The translations under genes were made by a program, and so were the position numbers. A stretch of 64,000 nt of DNA from Mobula hypostoma (taxonomy: Eukaryota), in assembly GCF_963921235.1 (NCBI RefSeq), contig NC_086097.1, positions 118,112,001-118,176,000 on the forward strand, given 5' to 3'. Below, one piece after another: positions 11,411 through 25,462 of this stretch (position 1 is the stretch's first letter; every line of letters starts with the position of its first letter). The notes under the pieces were generated by a model. The model had not been told where the DNA came from, did no database searches, and was given only the letters and a program-made list of their open reading frames with translations.

Positions 11411-12967
11411 AAGGCCCTTGCTTGTGCTGTATTCTGAGGGTACACCCATGTGGACACACTGAGCCAAACTACCTTGCCTTTGTTTATAAATTTCTGTTAT
11501 CTAGAAATTTTATTTTTGTCTGGGAGGGGGGTGGTTGGGCATAAAAGAGGATATAATGCCTCTTGGGGCAAAAGTTCTCTTGTAAAGCCCTACACCATGA
11601 GTGATAGAAACTGAGCTGTCCAACAGTCTATTTGGAGGGCAGGATGTTCATCAAGGTTTGTGTGTCATTGGCAATTGATCTGATGGATCATTATTGCGGA
11701 AAATGAAAGACTGGCCACATGTTGATTGGAAGAGTGGGGCAGGGGATGGGTATGGAAGGCTGGCATTTGAGCACTCACTGTGGGGAGTGGGAACCTGGCA
11801 GTTTGGCTATTGTGCTAAAACTAGAACATGGGATGGGCTGAGTGGTTTGGAGACTTGGGCTGATAGGCAGAGGTTATCAATAATGTCAATAATATATATA
11901 TAATATATGTCAATAATAATGATAACTAATTTAGCTACCTGATAGGCCTCATACTCCCATTATGCACTGGAAGAACCACATTATTCTAGAAACACCCATT
12001 AACGGGGTTGCCAAGATGATTAAGTGTAAGCTTTTTGTGAATCTTCTAAAGCAACCTAGTATTAGTACTGATGTCAGGCTTTGCTTTCTTGATACTGAAG
12101 TTGGCTTAGGGTCTGAAGTGTGACATCAAGGAACAACTTGGACAATTAATAGGTGATGAACAAAAGTGGCCCTGAATTAGTTATCATCCTGTTTCATTAT
12201 AGGGAAAATTTGATTTTCAGTTGAATAATGTGGAAGCAACTTAAAAGTATGTATTTAGACAATGAATTTGACATCTGCAGTTTTCTGTTTTTATATTAGA
12301 TGACCACTGGTCTACCAAGCCTCCTCACACAGCTGTGATTCCTGAATAACATAAGTGCCCACTCCTCACCTGGAAACAGTTTTGGAATCTCCAACTGAGG
12401 CAAGTAACAAATATTACTGAGTTGAAATAAGCTGGACCTCAGCCCAAGTCAGATAATGGTTCATGCTTATGAACCAACATTTCTCAAGCATCTGAACAAT
12501 TCAGTTTACGAATGTAACTGGTGAATGCAACTGTAAAAATAGAGATAAGTACTCCCAGAAAGATATACCTTATTTCTAATATCCATTTCAACTTCAAGAC
12601 GAATATATTGGCTTTTTCAATCACTCACTGCCTCTAGCTACCTTCCATTACTGCAAATATCTCAGCCCATCACTTCATTATATTGAGGTTTGTTTTCTTT
12701 AATGCTCTTTTAGCCAACATCCCAGTTACATTTTATGCAGCTCTTTCAGAACGCATAAAGCACACGTCCCTACCAATAAAATTTCTGGGCTTCTATTAAA
12801 CCAGTTGTAAAAGGCTGCAGTAATATCTTACATCCCTATCAAATTAAGTTAAATCTTTCTTCACATCTTGAACTGTTACTCATCGTGTCTATGACCTTCT
12901 TATGTCCTATGTCCTCTCAGCCATCCCCTTCCTTTGACAATGCTTTTGATCCTCTTTGATCCTTTTC

Positions 12968-13462
12968 CATAAGATCATAAGACATAGGAGCAGCATTATG
13001 CCTTTGAGCCCATCTAGTCTTCTCTGCTATTCGATCATGGCTGGTTTACTAATCCTCTCAACCCAATTTTTCTGCTTTCTCCCTATAAACTTTTATGCCT
13101 TTACTAATCAAGAACTCCACTTTAAACATGCCCAATGATTTGGCCTCCACAGTCATCTGTGGCAATGAATTCCACAGGCTCACTATGCTCTGGCTAAAGA
13201 AATTTCTCCTCATCTCTATTTTAAAAGGGGCATCCATGTATTCTGTGGCTGTACCCTGTGGTGCTAGACTTGCCCACTGTAGGAAACATCTTCTCCGTGT
13301 CCACTCTATCGAGACCTTTGACAGGTTTTGATGAGATTCCCCCCTCATTCTTCTAAACTTCAGCAAGGACAGGTCCAGAGCCATCAAATACAGCTTATAG
13401 ATTAACCCTTTCATTCCCGGCATCATTCTCATGCACCTCCTCTGGAACTTCTTCAATGCCAG
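12968..13462 (-). mobile_element. CR1 LINE 3' fragment
   Basis: EMRRNFFSQSIVSLWNSLPQ..VEAKSLGMFK; CR1 tail. Confidence 0.85.
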
Positions 13463-13879
13463 CTCAACGATCCACTTTTACCTTTCCATCCCTTTGAGAA
13501 TATTTATTTTATCCTCTTTGTTTTACCATTGTCATCTTTTTTTTAAACTAAAGAAAGAAAGTTGAAATATTTTCCAAGAAGGTGTAATAAAGTAAACATA
13601 AATGTATGAAGTGGCATATCAGGCAGTTTAATTGAAAGCTTTGGTGTGCTGAATTTACTTAATTACACCGTGTTGAATAAGCTGCTTCATTAGGATGCTG
13701 CATGTCCTGCTCAGTAATGCACACTTCTTTTATAGAGAATATGTTGTAAATAGGAAGCAAAACCTCTCAGAACAGAGCGAGTATTCTTCATTTGTGACAA
13801 TAAATTACATGGTTGTATAATTTGTAAGTTTATGATATAATTATGGAACCAGAAAGCAGGTGTTCTTATCATTCATTTT

Positions 13880-14370
13880 GGAGATACAGCACAGTAACGA
13901 GCCCGTGACACACCTGTACGTCTCTGGAAGGTGGGAGGAACTGGAGCACCCTGAGGGAACACGCACAGCCATGGGTAGAATGTACAGTTTCCTTACAGAC
14001 AGCAGCAGAAATTGAACGCCGGTCACTGATCACTAGACAATAAAGCACTATGCCATCCGTACATTGTAACATTGAAACATCCAGTGAAAGGTGTCATTTG
14101 TATTAATGACCAACACGGCTTGAAGATGAGCAGGAGGCTGCCCACAAGGTGTCGCCAAGCTTCCAGCACCAACTTAGCACGCCCACAACTCACTACACCT
14201 AATTCACTATACATTCTTTGGAATGTGGAAGGAAACAAGAGCACCTGGAGGAAACCCACACGGTTACAGGGAGAACGTGCAGACTCCTCGTAGACAGCAG
14301 CAGTAATTGAACTCAGGTTGCTGGCACTGCAATAGCGCTGCATTAACCATTACTTTACCCTGCCACCCCT
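13880..14370 (-). mobile_element. Two adjacent SINE copies (tRNA-derived, V-SINE/HE1-like); further copies near 16720-16940, 35500-35830, 36780-37075, 38130-38320
   Basis: Recurrent GTGGGAGGAAACC.GAGCACCTGGAGGAAACCCAC core. Confidence 0.6.
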
Positions 14371-15101
14371 AACACGTTCTTGAAGAATTATTCATGATTC
14401 AGCAATCCTGGTGAATTCAAAGGTTTGTTTATCACCAAGGTATGAATGGAGTATACAACTTTGAGATTCAGCTTCTCCAGGTAGCCAAGGAACGAAGAAA
14501 ACCATGAAAGTCATTCAGAGAAAAACATCCCCCACCCCACAAGAAAATAAATCTCACAAATGGCAATATGATCATTAATCCCCACACACACACACATAAA
14601 ACAAAAACTTGTGGAAACAGCGACAAGAACATCAACACCCCACACAGAAAATTAAATCTTGCAAATGGCAAGAATGTCAAAACCCAAATCCTAACCTCCC
14701 CGCAGAAAAAATAACAACTAGCAATTCATGTTAAACAGCAACAAAAAAGAACAGGAGAAAGCACAGATAGTGAAAAAATATAAAACTGAAAAAGTCCAAT
14801 TTGAACTACAGCCCACAGTACAATCAATAAGTCACAGAACTTTGGTAACATCTTCTGACAGCATCGAGGGAGAGAGGGACTACTTGAACGCAGAGGCCTT
14901 CCCTTAAGAGCAGTGAATAAGAGATCCATCACACACAGACATGTTCCCTCAAGTTTAGAGAAATCAGGATTGTTCTCGTTGGAGCAAAAAAAATGAGAGA
15001 AAATTTATTACAGATGTCAAAAAGATCACGATTTGATCAGCTGGCATAAATAGAAGTGTCTTTTATTTTTTTATTTATATAGAACAAAGCCCTTCCAGCC
15101 C

Positions 15102-16700
15102 CACAACTATACCCCTTCCGCACACGAAACCACCACGGTGGGCTTCACAGCTGAACAGGTGAGAAGACAGCTGAAACGTCTCAACCCAAGCAAGGCTGCA
15201 GGACCGGATGGTGTCAGTACCAGGGTGCTCAAAGCCTGTGCCCCTCAGCTATGTGGAGTACTTCGCCATGTATTCAACATGAGCCTGAGGCTCCAGAGGT
15301 TTCCTGTGCTGTGGAAGATGTCCTGCCTCGTCCCTGTGCCGAAGACACCACGCCCCAGCAGCCTCAATGACTACAGACCGGTGGCATTGACCTCCCACAT
15401 CATGAAGACCTTGGAGAGACTTGTTCTGGAGCTGCTCCGGCCTATGGTCAGGTCACACTTAGATACCCTCCAGTTCGCCTACCAGCCCCGACTAGGAGTT
15501 GAGGATGCCATTGTCTACCTGCTGAACCATGTCTACGCCCACCTGGACAAGCCAGCGAGCACTATGAGGGTCATGTTTTTTGACTTCTCCAGTGCGTTCA
15601 ACGTCATCCACCCTGCTCTGCTGGGGGAGAAGCTGACAGCGATGCAGGTGGATGCTTTCCTGGTGTCATGGAATCTTGATTACCTGACTGGCAGACCACA
15701 GTACGTGTGCTTGCAACACTGTGTGTCCGACAGTGGGGCAGCACTGGGGCTACACAGGAGACTGTCTTGTCTCCCTTTCTCTTCACCACTTACACCTCGG
15801 ACTTCAACTACTGCACAGAGTCTTGCCATCTTCAGAAGTTTTCTGATGACTCTGCCATAGTTGGATGCATCATCAAGGGAGATGAGGCTGAGTACAGGGC
15901 TACGGTAGGAAACTTTGTCACGTGGTGTGAACAGAATTATCTGCAGCTTAATGTGGAAAAGACTAAGGAGCTGGTGGTAGACCTGAGGAGAGCTAAGGTA
16001 CCGGTGACCCCTGTTTCCATCCAAGGGGTCAGTGTGGACATGGTGGAGGATTACAAATACTTGGGGATACAAATTGACAATAAACTGGACTGGTCAAAGA
16101 ACACTGAGGCTGTCTACAAGAAGGGTCAGAGCCGTCTCTATTTCCTGAGGAGACTGAGGTCCTTTAACATCTGCCAGACGATGCTGAGGATGTTCTATGA
16201 GTCTGTGGTGGCCAGTGCGATCATATTTGTTGTAGTGTGCTGGGGCAGCAGGTTGAGGGTAGCAGACACCAACAGAATCAACAAACTCATTCGTAAGGCC
16301 AGTGATGTTGTGGGGATGGAACTGGACTCTCTGACGGTGGTGTCTGAAAAGAGGATGCTGTCCAAGTTGCATGCCATCTTGGACAATGTCTCCCATCCTC
16401 TACATAATGTACTGGTTGGGCACGGGAGTACATTCAGCCTGAGACTCATTCCACCGAGATGCAACACAAAGCATTATAGGAAGTCATTCCTGCCTGTGGC
16501 CATCAAACTTTACAGCTCCTCCCTTGGAGGGTCAGACACTCTGAGCCAATAGGCTGGTCCTGGACTTATTTCCTGGCATAATTTACATATTACTATTTAA
16601 CTATTTCTGGTTTTATTACTATTTAATTATTTATGGAGCAACCGTAACGAAAACCAGTTTCCCCCAGGATCAATGAAGTGTGACTATGACTATGACTATG
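15102..16700 (+). mobile_element. Young 5'-truncated Rex1/Babar LINE (RT with a single frameshift near 15740)
   Basis: ORFs 15138-15860 and 15707-16552: KAAGPDG, NDYRPVALTS, FFDFSSAFN, LQKFSDDSAI, YKYLG, GQSRLYFLRRL; (ACTATG)n tail. Confidence 0.93.
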
Positions 16701-17216
16701 TCAAGCTTCACTGCCCAGAATCAAACCCATTTAACCCTAGCCTAATCACAGGACAATTTACAATGACCAATTAGCCTACTAACCGGTATGTCTTTGGACT
16801 GTGGCGAGAAACCAGAGCACCTGGAAGAAATCAACACACTCATAGGCTGTACTAACTTCTTAAAACAATGTTGAAATCGATCTATGAACTGCAATGTCTT
16901 GAACTGTAATGGTGTTGCACTAACTGCTACACTACTGTGACACCCCAAGTTATTCCCATTAGAATATAGTTCAAGCCATAGGCTCCACAAATTTCAAGTG
17001 GCAGGCAAGAGAAAAAGCTGTCCATGTCTTCTGACATGGAAAGTGTTGGAAGACATTGGCAAAGCATGTGGTGAAAACAAAGCTATCTGGAACAAAATTA
17101 GATTGACACTTGAGGGGAAAAAACATGCAGGACTACAGGAAAATAGGGCACAAAGATCTGGCACAAGACTGACAGGCTAATTGGCTTCCTACCATCCCCT
17201 CAACAACGTGTACTTC

Positions 17217-17657
17217 CACTCAGTGGCCACTTTATTAGGTACACCTGCTTGCTAATGCAAATATCTCATCAGACAATCACTTGGCTGAAACACATTGCAT
17301 AAAAGCACGCAGACATGGTCAAGAGGTTCAGTTGTTGTTCAGACCAAAAAGCAGAATGGGGAAAAATGTGATCTAAGTGACTTTAGTCTTGGAATGATTG
17401 CTGGCTCTAGTTTGGGTTGTTTGAGAGTCTCAAACTGCTGATCTCCTGGGATTTTTTTTTAATGCCGAACAGCCACTACAGTTTAGTGAAAATAACAAAA
17501 AAAAAATCCAGTGAGCAGCATTTCTATGGGTAAAGGTGCCTTGTTAATGAGAGAGGTTAGAGTAGAATGGGTAGACAACTAGCAGAAGACCACAAACATA
17601 TACTCAGTATCCACTTTATTAGGTAAAGGGTGTACTTAATAAACTGACCACTGAGTG
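17217..17657. mobile_element. Non-autonomous Tc1-like element
   Basis: TIRs CACTCAGTGGCCACTTTATTAGGTACACC / GTGTACTTAATAAACTGACCACTGAGTG; same family at 45124-45728. Confidence 0.8.
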
Positions 17658-17685
17658 TCCTCAATGTATATAAAGTTAAGTAACC

Positions 17686-18065
17686 TAGAAACATAGAAAC
17701 ATAGAAAACCTACAGCACAATACAGGCTCTTTGGCCCACAAAGCTGTGCCAAACATTACCTAGGGTTACCCATAGTCCTCTATGTTTCTAAGCTCCATGT
17801 ACCTGTCCAGGAATCACTTAAAAGACCCTATCGTTACCGCCTCCACCACCGTTGCTGGCAGCCCATTCTACTCTTTCACCACTCTCTACATAAAAAACTT
17901 ACCCCGACATCTCCTCTGTACCTACTTCCAAGCACCTTAAAACTGTGCCCTCTCGTGCTAGCCATTTCATCCCTCGGAAAAAGCCTCTGACTATCCACAA
18001 GATCAATGCCTCTTATCATCTTGTACACCTCTAACAGATCACCTCTCATCCTCTGTCGCTCCAAA
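17686..18065 (-). mobile_element. CR1 LINE 3' fragment
   Basis: RMRGDLLEVYKMIRGID..TRGHSFKV; tail repeat (CTATGTTT)n. Confidence 0.85.
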
Positions 18066-18936
18066 CCCAAACCTATGTGGTGAGCAATAAGAAAAATTTG
18101 TGGTAATTTGACCCAAAATCATAAAATTTATCTATAGTTTGGACACCACTGAAAGGGACACTTAGCTGTTAAAAAAAATGTGTAAAGCAACCACCTCTGC
18201 AACACTTGATCATACATGATAACGCAATAGCTCTGTTGCTAGATAAACTGAACCAAAAATATCCTAGCAAAGTAATTTGAACCAAAATTCTAGATGATTT
18301 GAATGATATCAGTACAAGATTGTACAGTAAACATATGGGATATTTTACCAACAACATCTGAATTGATGCCAATTGTTGAATTAATGGATGGTAGACACTG
18401 TTATGGATAACCATAGGGCAAAATCGGTAAGGCGATCAAGGGAGAGGGTATGAAATAAGAAAAGTGAGAAGCTGATAAAGAAATGGTGAAGCAAGAAAAG
18501 AGAGAGAAGAAACAGAGAGCAACAAAATAGAGAACATATACAAAAAGAGTTATTAGCAGGGAACTGGAATTCCAAATGAATGGTAGGTGCTCATTGAAAA
18601 TCCATCGAATCATAACACTGGAAAAGTAAAGGCAAGGCAATCATGATGTCACTCCATTTTACTGGCAAACATCCGTTCTGTTGCCTAAATCCTCAAGCAC
18701 AGCTCACGGTTTGTAAATGCTCCACTAAATATTAAATAATCCCAGATATCTCTAGAGTTAAACACATACATGACGAATGGAAGTATTCCGTATTTAAACT
18801 GTGACATTTACAGTTCAAACAAGTTTACCACTTCAGGGAAGACGAGTAAAACAGAAACATTGCCCATTTTGGATTAAGTAAATTAACTAAATTATTTTCT
18901 TCATGGTGGATTTCAGGTGTTTATTCAATCTCAAAT

Positions 18937-19157
18937 CTAATACTGAACCTTTTTCATTTCGTGCATTGAGTCTGTGTGGAAAGAACAACTTTGGTCCTTT
19001 GGTTCTGTCTTTGTGTTCAAATGGTTTGGGTCAGTTACAGTAAATCCTACAGGAGTCCATCCAAACGGGTTGATTTTTCTCGGTAACTTTGAAACTGATT
19101 TCCAGTTAAAGCAGAGGCAGCGTATGTTATACATTAGCTTTTTTTTCCACCCACATT
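18937..19157 (-). CDS. Candidate terminal coding exon of an unidentified host gene (NVGGKK..LMYNIRCLCFNWKSVSKLPRKINPFGW...VQY*)
   Basis: Acceptor CACTTTCTGTCAG; unique sequence; frame continuity with the upstream exon needs one extra A in the 8-A run at 19139-19146, otherwise it ends NVGGKKS*. Confidence 0.4.
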
Positions 19158-20207
19158 CTGACAGAAAGTGTAAACATCTCCATTATATTAAATATTGCAC
19201 TCAAAATTACTTCTGAATTCACTTTTCGGAATACATTACAAATAATGAAAACCAAGGTAGTTTTTATTCTCCAGCGAAAAAAAGAACACTGGATTATTTT
19301 GTTTACAAATTTTGGAGGTCACACTTCTACAGCTGCTAGGCAGGCATATTGGAATATCAAAGACACCTTCCATTAGAATGCTACTTGGACTTGTTTCAGT
19401 AAATCAAGTGATATTTTGTCTACTTTCAATCAGCCAGATCTCTTCCCCACCCATCAGACCCATTTAAAAAAACTTTTTCTCTGTCCCCTCACAACCATTT
19501 CTGAAATTATAGGCCAGGATATTTAGGCTTAGAGTCAGAAAACATTACTGTACCTGAAGGATTGTAGAAACCTCTTTATTTCCTGTTGGATTGGATCTTA
19601 GAGGGGTTTAAAAGGTTGGCACAACATCATGGGCTGAAGGACTTGTACCATGCTGTAGTGTTCTGTGTTCTAAAGTCTGCATGCCTCAAAGACACATGCC
19701 AACTTCAGAAATAAGATTGATGAATTCTGATAGGGAAGGAAATTAAGGAGTATGAGGACTTGTTGTCTAAGTGGAGATGAGGTGTAGATTGACCTTAATC
19801 CAATTCGATGTGGCATAGGTTTGAAGAACTGAGTAACTAGTAATTGTTTCCTCTCTTGCAATATCGTTTACATTTTAAAAGTACTTTGTTGGCTACAAAC
19901 TGCTTTGAGAGCCCCAAGGTCTTGAAAAAATGTTATGTAAAAATGCACCGAGGTCATGAAAAAGAATCTTTTAGATCTTTATGATCATTTGTCATTATTA
20001 TATTGTTGAGCCCTTAGTTTCAAATATTTGTTTGAGCAAGAATTCTATTATTTGGCATTGCCTGTTTATGTACTTATTATAATACTTTTAGATGTTTCCT
20101 TCTGAGGAATCTAAATTTTTCTTTGATATAGAGTCATGAGCTTTTATGATCCTAAAACTACCGGTGCTGCACATTTAAAACTGGAAATGTTTTGGAGAGT
20201 ATCTTAC

Positions 20208-20289
20208 CTTATTATCAAATTGCTTACAGCACTCTTGGAAGGAAATACACCATTTATTGAACTTGTCCACAACATGTAGAGAGATCATC
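20208..20289 (-). CDS. Candidate host exon, 82 nt, phase 2 to 0 ((R)MISLHVVDKFNKWCISFQECCKQFDNK)
   Basis: TTTGTTTAG acceptor, AAG|GTAAGA donor, open frame matching the phase of exon 25422-25462. Confidence 0.6.
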
Positions 20290-20399
20290 CTAAACAAATT
20301 TTCATTGTTGTTCATATGCAACAACATTGTAAGGTTTTATAGGAGTATACAAATTTAGGAATGCTCATCTTTAACAGTATAACCAGAAGCCAGAACCCG

Positions 20400-21830
20400 G
20401 TGGTTTTTAGGTATGGTAATTTCAATCACCACTTCATTCAGCAAGCTGCTGAACTTATGCTTCCTCTACATAGTGTGCTTAAAGGAACCACCACTAATCA
20501 AATGCTTGACTGGTCTGCAGACGTGACAAGCCATTTGGCGATACCAACTGAGCTCCTTCCAGCACGACGTTACTGGTGCACCTGCTCCCCAACTATGACC
20601 ATTACTACTAATGCTTCAGACTATGCTGTGGGTGCTGTGCATGAACAGTTGTTCAGAGGTGTGTGGCAGCCACTCACCTTCTTCAGCCGGCAGCTCCAGC
20701 CCCCCTGAATGCAACTACAGCACATTTGATCATGAGCTTCTCGGTCTCTATCTGACTGTTCGCCATTTTTTGTTTTCTTCTAGAGGGTCGCCATTTCACA
20801 GCGTTCATTGACCACAAACCTTTCATGCATGCAATGGCCAAAATATCAGACCCCTGGTCCGCATGGCAGAAAAGCCATCTGGCCTACATATTCGAGTTCA
20901 TAACTGATATACAACATATCAAGAGCAAAAATAATGCTGCGGCTGATCGGCTTCTTACGGCCACCCGATGAGGCCGTACACATAAGGGTTGACTGTGCTG
21001 ACATGGCAGCCGACTAAGTTACTGATCCAGAGGATGAGGCTTAATGAACAGCAGCCACGGGCTTGCGGTTGTCTGACATTATGTTTGAGGAGGATGGGGT
21101 TTCTCTCCTGTTCGATGTCTCAACTAATCGTCCTTGCCCCATAATGCCCACAAACTGAAGATGGACTGTTTTCAACTCTATACGTGACCTCTCAGATCTA
21201 GGCCTCACAGAAACTGGTTGCACTAAATTTGTTTGGCACGGCATCAGAAAGAACATGCATGATTGGACGACCTCTATGGAGTGCCAGCAGGCAAAAATTA
21301 AATGTTATCTTCAGGTGCCATTGGCAATTTTTGAGGTCTCTCAGCAACTGTTTGACCATGTCAATGTGGACCATGTCACTCTTCCCACCGTTTCATGCTC
21401 CTTCTTACAATGGTGGGCCGTACCGCCAGGTGGCCAGGGGTCATCCCTCTAGCATCGGCGACAGCAGCAGATGTGGCTTAGGCATTCATCAACATCTAGG
21501 CTGCCTGGTTTGGCAGCCCCATCTAATATTTCCTCTGACCGTGGTCCCCAATTCATCTCAGACCTCTGGGCTGAGATGGCCCAGATCCTCAGCGTTAGGC
21601 TACATCACCCCATGGTGTATCACCTACAATCCAATGGCCTATGCTCCTTAAAAGCTGCTCTGAGGGCTTTGCTGATGGATGAGTGTTTGATTGATCATCT
21701 CCCCAAGTCCAGCTGGGGCTCAGCTTCTCCAAAAGAGGATCTACAGTCGCCTGCAGCTGAGTTGTTACAAATGCCAGGTGACTTCATTCTTGACATCATG
21801 ACCACCTGGTTGGCATTTCAACAGCATATA
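20400..21830 (+). mobile_element. Degenerate Ty3/Gypsy pol (RT end, RNase H, integrase)
   Basis: TNASDYAVGAVHEQ..WQPLTFFSRQL, YSTFDHELL, DHKP, ISSDRGPQFISDLW, YHLQSNG. Confidence 0.88.
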
Positions 21831-22034
21831 GGATTGTTGCTCGCTGCCGCTTACGTGCGAGGCGGGGGAGCTGGGGAGGGACTTCGGGGTTCTAGCATTT
21901 AACTGCCATTCATTCTTTGGGGCACTCCTCTATTTTCATGGATGGTTGCGAAGAAAAAACATTTCAGGATGTGTATTGTGTACATTTCTCTGACACTAAA
22001 TTGTACCTTTGAACCTCTGAAACCAGAGCACCAT

Positions 22035-23040
22035 GAGCTGGTCTTCATCAAAGGATCAGAGGTGGAGAAGGTTGCCAATTTTAAGTTGGTTGGTGTTATC
22101 ATTTCAGAGGATCTGTACTGGGGTCACCAAGTAAATGCCATTATGGCAAAGGCGGGCCTCTAATTTCTGAGAAGTTAACAAAAATTCGTCATGTCACCAA
22201 AAACTCTGAAAAAATTCTATAGATACTCAGTAGAGGATTTATTGACTGGTTGCATCGCAGCCTGGTATGGAAATCCTAATGTCCTTGAACAGAAAAGCCT
22301 ACAAAAGACAAAGGATACAACCCAGACCAAAACAGTTAAAGACCTCCCTACCATTGAGCATATCTACAAAGAGAGATGTTGCAGGACAGCAGCATTCATC
22401 ATCAAGGACCCCCACCTTGAAGGACATGCTCTTTTCTCACTGGTGCTATCAGGAAAGAGGTACAGTAGCCGTTGCTCCCATGCCACCAGGTTCAAGAGCA
22501 GCCATTACCTTTCAACCACCAGGTAACTTCACACATCCCAACTCTGAACTGATTCCACAACTTCTGGACTCACTTTCAAGGACTCATATTCTCAATATTT
22601 ATTAAATAATTTATTATTATTATTTATTTTATCAATAAGCTTCTAGACCTTGGCCTCAGTACCTTCTTATGCCGTTGCATCTTCGATGAACTCCATCAGC
22701 ACAGGTGCCTGTTATTTCTTTTGTGAAGATTCAGCATGACATCTAAATCTTTGACAAACTTCTATAGATGTGTGGTAGAGAGTATAGTGACTGGCTGCAT
22801 CACAGCCTGGTACGGAAGCAGCAATGCCCTTCAACAGAAAATCCTACAAAAAATAGTGGGTGTGACCCAGTTCATCACCAGGTTCAGGAACAGTGATTAC
22901 TCTTCAGCGATCAGGGTCTTGAACTAGAAAGGATAACTTCACTCAACTTCATTTGCCCCTTAACTGCAGTGTTCCCACAACCTGTGGACTGACTTTCATG
23001 GACTGTTCATTTCATGTTCTTGATATTTATTGCTTAATTA
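22035..23040 (+). mobile_element. Two Rex1/Babar LINE 3' fragments
   Basis: FYRYSVEDLLTGCIAAWYG and FYRCVVESIVTGCITAWYG motifs; (TTA)n tails. Confidence 0.75.
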
Positions 23041-23059
23041 TTATTATTATTATTGTTGC

Positions 23060-24400
23060 CGTTGTAATTTTTTTCTCATTTCAAGCTGGTAAAACCTGAG
23101 GTACTGGCATAGCCAAGCACACTCATTTCTCAATTGCTAGGAACTTTCGGACTATACTAGTGGTGTTTAGTAATGTGGCTTTCTGAAGATTTACATAAAT
23201 ATTGCTGAGTAGGTCAAATTGTTTAATGCTATTGTGCTTTGACATTGGGATGATATCAGTTATATTGGGACAATGTATACCCTGTCCAGGTTCCATCGTC
23301 TTTCAATTTTCTCTTTTAATTCTGCATATTTCTGGTGTTTTCACTTATTTATTTCTGTATGTTGTGTGTGTTTGGGATGGTTTTATCTATTAAGTAAGTT
23401 CTTGTTGTTTTTTGTTTATATTGCAATATTATATCTGAAAGGTTAATATGGATTGTCCTATCTGTAGTAATAGATCAATCTAATATAATTTGTAAGACTA
23501 TGACTCCAAAACTGGATCAGTATTTTATTTATAGTAAGGTATTGTATCTTTTATGAGTTTGTACTTTAAGGATTTTTGTGAATGATGTTTGCCACTTGAT
23601 TGTGCATATGTAAGTAATCGATTGAGTTAAACTGCCAAAGGTTCCAATAATGTGTTGGATTGTATCTGGTTTCTCTGGGCATTTTCTGCATTTACCATCT
23701 TGAATTTGCTGGTCTTTAATTAAGTATTTTTGATTTTTTTTTGTGTTATCCACACATTTGATGCTTCCTTGACAACATCTAGTCTGCTCAGATCATTAGG
23801 ATGTCTTCCATGGAGGGTCATGCACTTCCATTGGTTAAATTTTCTTCTATAGTGCTAATATCTTCATTTTTCTGCATGCTGCTTTCATTTAACTTTAGTG
23901 ATCTATACTTCTTATTAGAATTGCATATGCTCAAGTGGAGCGCTGAATCCTGTTTTTGTTGATGAAAATGTATCATTAGAAGTTATATCTGACCGTTGTG
24001 TAAATTTTTATGTCTGTTATTCCTCTTTCTCCTTCTGTCCCAGGTAGTATTAATTTAAGTGCGTTCAAGTGTACATAGCATTTTCTAAAAATTTGTCATT
24101 GCTGGTCTTATTTTTCTTTGTAAAATATCCAGATGGGTTTTAAACTGAAATATTATGCCAAAGATATATTAATATGGATGTAACAAAAACCTTTATTGCT
24201 CTGTTATGTTTTTACTATTGAACTCTATTTGGCAGATTTTCTTAAGGTTTAAAGTAAATTCTGACAGAAGTTTTTCTTTTATTGCACTACGATCACTTTC
24301 TTTGCTTGTTGATAGCCCAGATATTTATATGCTTCATATTCATCCCTCGGTTGTATTTTGTCCTCTTGCTCTGTTTTATATTCTACTAGCTCTATCTTTA
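23060..24400 (-). mobile_element. Degenerate R4/Dong-clade non-LTR retrotransposon (RLE type), 3' part
   Basis: KCRKCPEKPDTIQHIIG zinc motif, HNQVA-like and PDI-like RLE motifs, GRGITDIKNLHN; abuts a (TTA)n tract. Confidence 0.65.
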
Positions 24401-25421
24401 TCATTCTTATTATTTCTTGTTTTTCTCTCTTTTTTTTTATTTGCACAGATTATTGTCCTTTGTATACTGGTTGTCCACCCTATAGTGTAGTTTTTCATTG
24501 ATTCTGTTGTCATTATTGGGTTTTTTGAGTATGCCCACAAGAAAACAAATCTCTAGATTGTTAATGTAATAAATATGTACTTTGATAATAAATTTACATG
24601 GAACAGCAAACTTTGAACTTTTTCTTTTTGTATTTGCACAAATTGTTGTCTTTTGAACATTGGTTGTTTGTCTATCTTTGTCCTGTGCAGCTTTTCATTG
24701 ATTCTATTGTGTTTCTTTGTATTCACTGTGAATGCCTGCAAATAAATGAATGTCAGAGTAGTATATGGTGACATATATGTACTCTGATAAGAACTTTACT
24801 TTAAGTTTTGAACTTTAAAGATTCTTAGCCTGAAATAGATTCATGAAAGTTACACTGGGATATTCGTGATTTTATAATAAACCAATATTTCTTTCAAACT
24901 ATCTGATTACAAAATCAATTTTTTTTGAACTTCAATAGTGAAAGCATGGTAACAGCAAAGTATTATTTTAGCATATATTTTGTAAAAGAAAAATCAATGT
25001 TCTCCCCTATTTCTTATGACTTTGCATCCTGCCTCACAATAAAACTGATTGCAATGTAGTCAATGTGATCATTATAAGTCACATTAGCTAGAGGAGAAAG
25101 CTCGCGAAGGGAGCTGTTTGAATCATGTAACGAACAGAATTGTAATCTGAGAGAGATATCAATAAATTCAATTTTAGAAGAATGCATCACAGATTAGACA
25201 CTGTAATATGCCCATGATGAATGAAAGGAGAAAAATATATTATGTATAACATCCATATCAAATCATTTAAAAACTTACAAATTATTAATAAAGGACAATT
25301 CTTACTGCTACGTGGACAAATATGGCAACTGTGTTTGCTCAAAAATAACCCACAAAGAAGATTTTGCAAGAAAAAAATGTTAAAATATCTTGATGATACT
25401 AGCATAGAAATTAACATTTAC

Positions 25422-25462
25422 CTGGAAACAAGCAGAAGTCTTCTGCTCTTCTTTAAGTTGTG
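25422..25462 (-). CDS. Candidate host exon, 41 nt, phase 0 to 2 (HNLKKSRRLLLVS(R))
   Basis: TTTTTATGCCTTAG acceptor, CAG|GTAAAT donor, phases match both neighbours. Confidence 0.55.

Noticed and set aside
18169..18640. Hydrophobic minus-strand ORFs resembling membrane proteins
   Set aside because: They come from purine-rich low-complexity sequence, probably 3' UTR or flank, with no splice or homology support
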